A stretch of 8,610 nt of DNA, taken from assembly GCA_000388065.2 (NCBI GenBank), contig KB932208.1. One strand, given 5' to 3'. This document shows, in pieces, positions 8,363-8,610 of this stretch (positions are counted from its first letter, which is position 1; each line of letters begins with the position of its first letter). The stretch comes from Fonticula alba ATCC 38817 (taxonomy: Eukaryota > Protista > Nucleariida). The translations under genes were made by a program, and so were the position numbers. The notes beneath the pieces were generated by a model, which searched no databases, was not told the DNA's origin, and saw only the letters and a list, made by a program, of their open reading frames with translations.

Positions 8363-8610
8363 ATGGACCACCGGCGGCCGGGGCCCGCGGAAGATCCCCC
8401 CCAGATCCCGGACCCAGCGGCGGTGCCCCCGCCGGCCGCCGAGGATGATGGTCCCGCCTCGCCGCTGAGCGGCGATGACCCGAGCGCCCTGATGCTCGGG
8501 TCCTCCGATGACGACGCGGCCATCGCCGATCTGCTGCCCTCGTCGCAGCTGCTTGAGCGCCACATCGCCGAGGCCCTGGCCAAGCGCGGGCTCAACCACC
8601 AAACCGGCCG
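8363..8610 (+). CDS. 5' part of a hypothetical protein (acidic, Pro-rich N-terminus then a predicted helix), truncated by the window end
   Basis: ATG at 8363, open to the end: MDHRRPGPAEDPPQIPDPAAVPPPAAEDDGPASPLSGDDPSALMLGSSDDDAAIADLLPSSQLLERHIAEALAKRGLNHQTG. C/G-ending codon bias matches the other genes, and a C-rich leader precedes it. Absent from the ORF track because it has no stop. It could also be an internal exon. Confidence 0.6.
   Translation, partial: MDHRRPGPAEDPPQIPDPAAVPPPAAEDDGPASPLSGDDPSALMLGSSDDDAAIADLLPSSQLLERHIAEALAKRGLNHQTG

Overview
GC-rich, intron-containing eukaryotic genomic DNA, not prokaryotic, so the unspliced ORF track is mostly misleading. Manual splicing gives a compact cluster of genes in strictly alternating orientation: a 7-exon 20S proteasome alpha7 subunit (PSMA3/PRE10, +, 256 aa); a 3-exon LYR-motif protein most similar to AltMIEF1/L0R8F8 with a presequence-like N-terminal extension (-, 121 aa); a 2-exon MED22-like Mediator head subunit with a long disordered tail (+, 356 aa); a 2-exon C1orf53/DUF5522-like Cys/His-rich protein (-, about 143 aa); and the 5' part of an unknown acidic protein that runs off the window (+). 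A 380-nt assembly gap hides the PSMA3 promoter, and bases 1-1344 could not be resolved. I found no multi-gene novel system. The most unusual signal is the splicing grammar: donors are GTRCGN (never +4A), and acceptors are the first AG 26-120 nt after a CTGAC/CTCAC-type motif whatever the spacer contains (poly-C, CA or GT repeats, or an A18 run). The style suggests a GC-rich microbial eukaryote, possibly a Fonticula-like opisthokont; that is a low-confidence inference. All homology calls come from recalled family motifs, not database searches.
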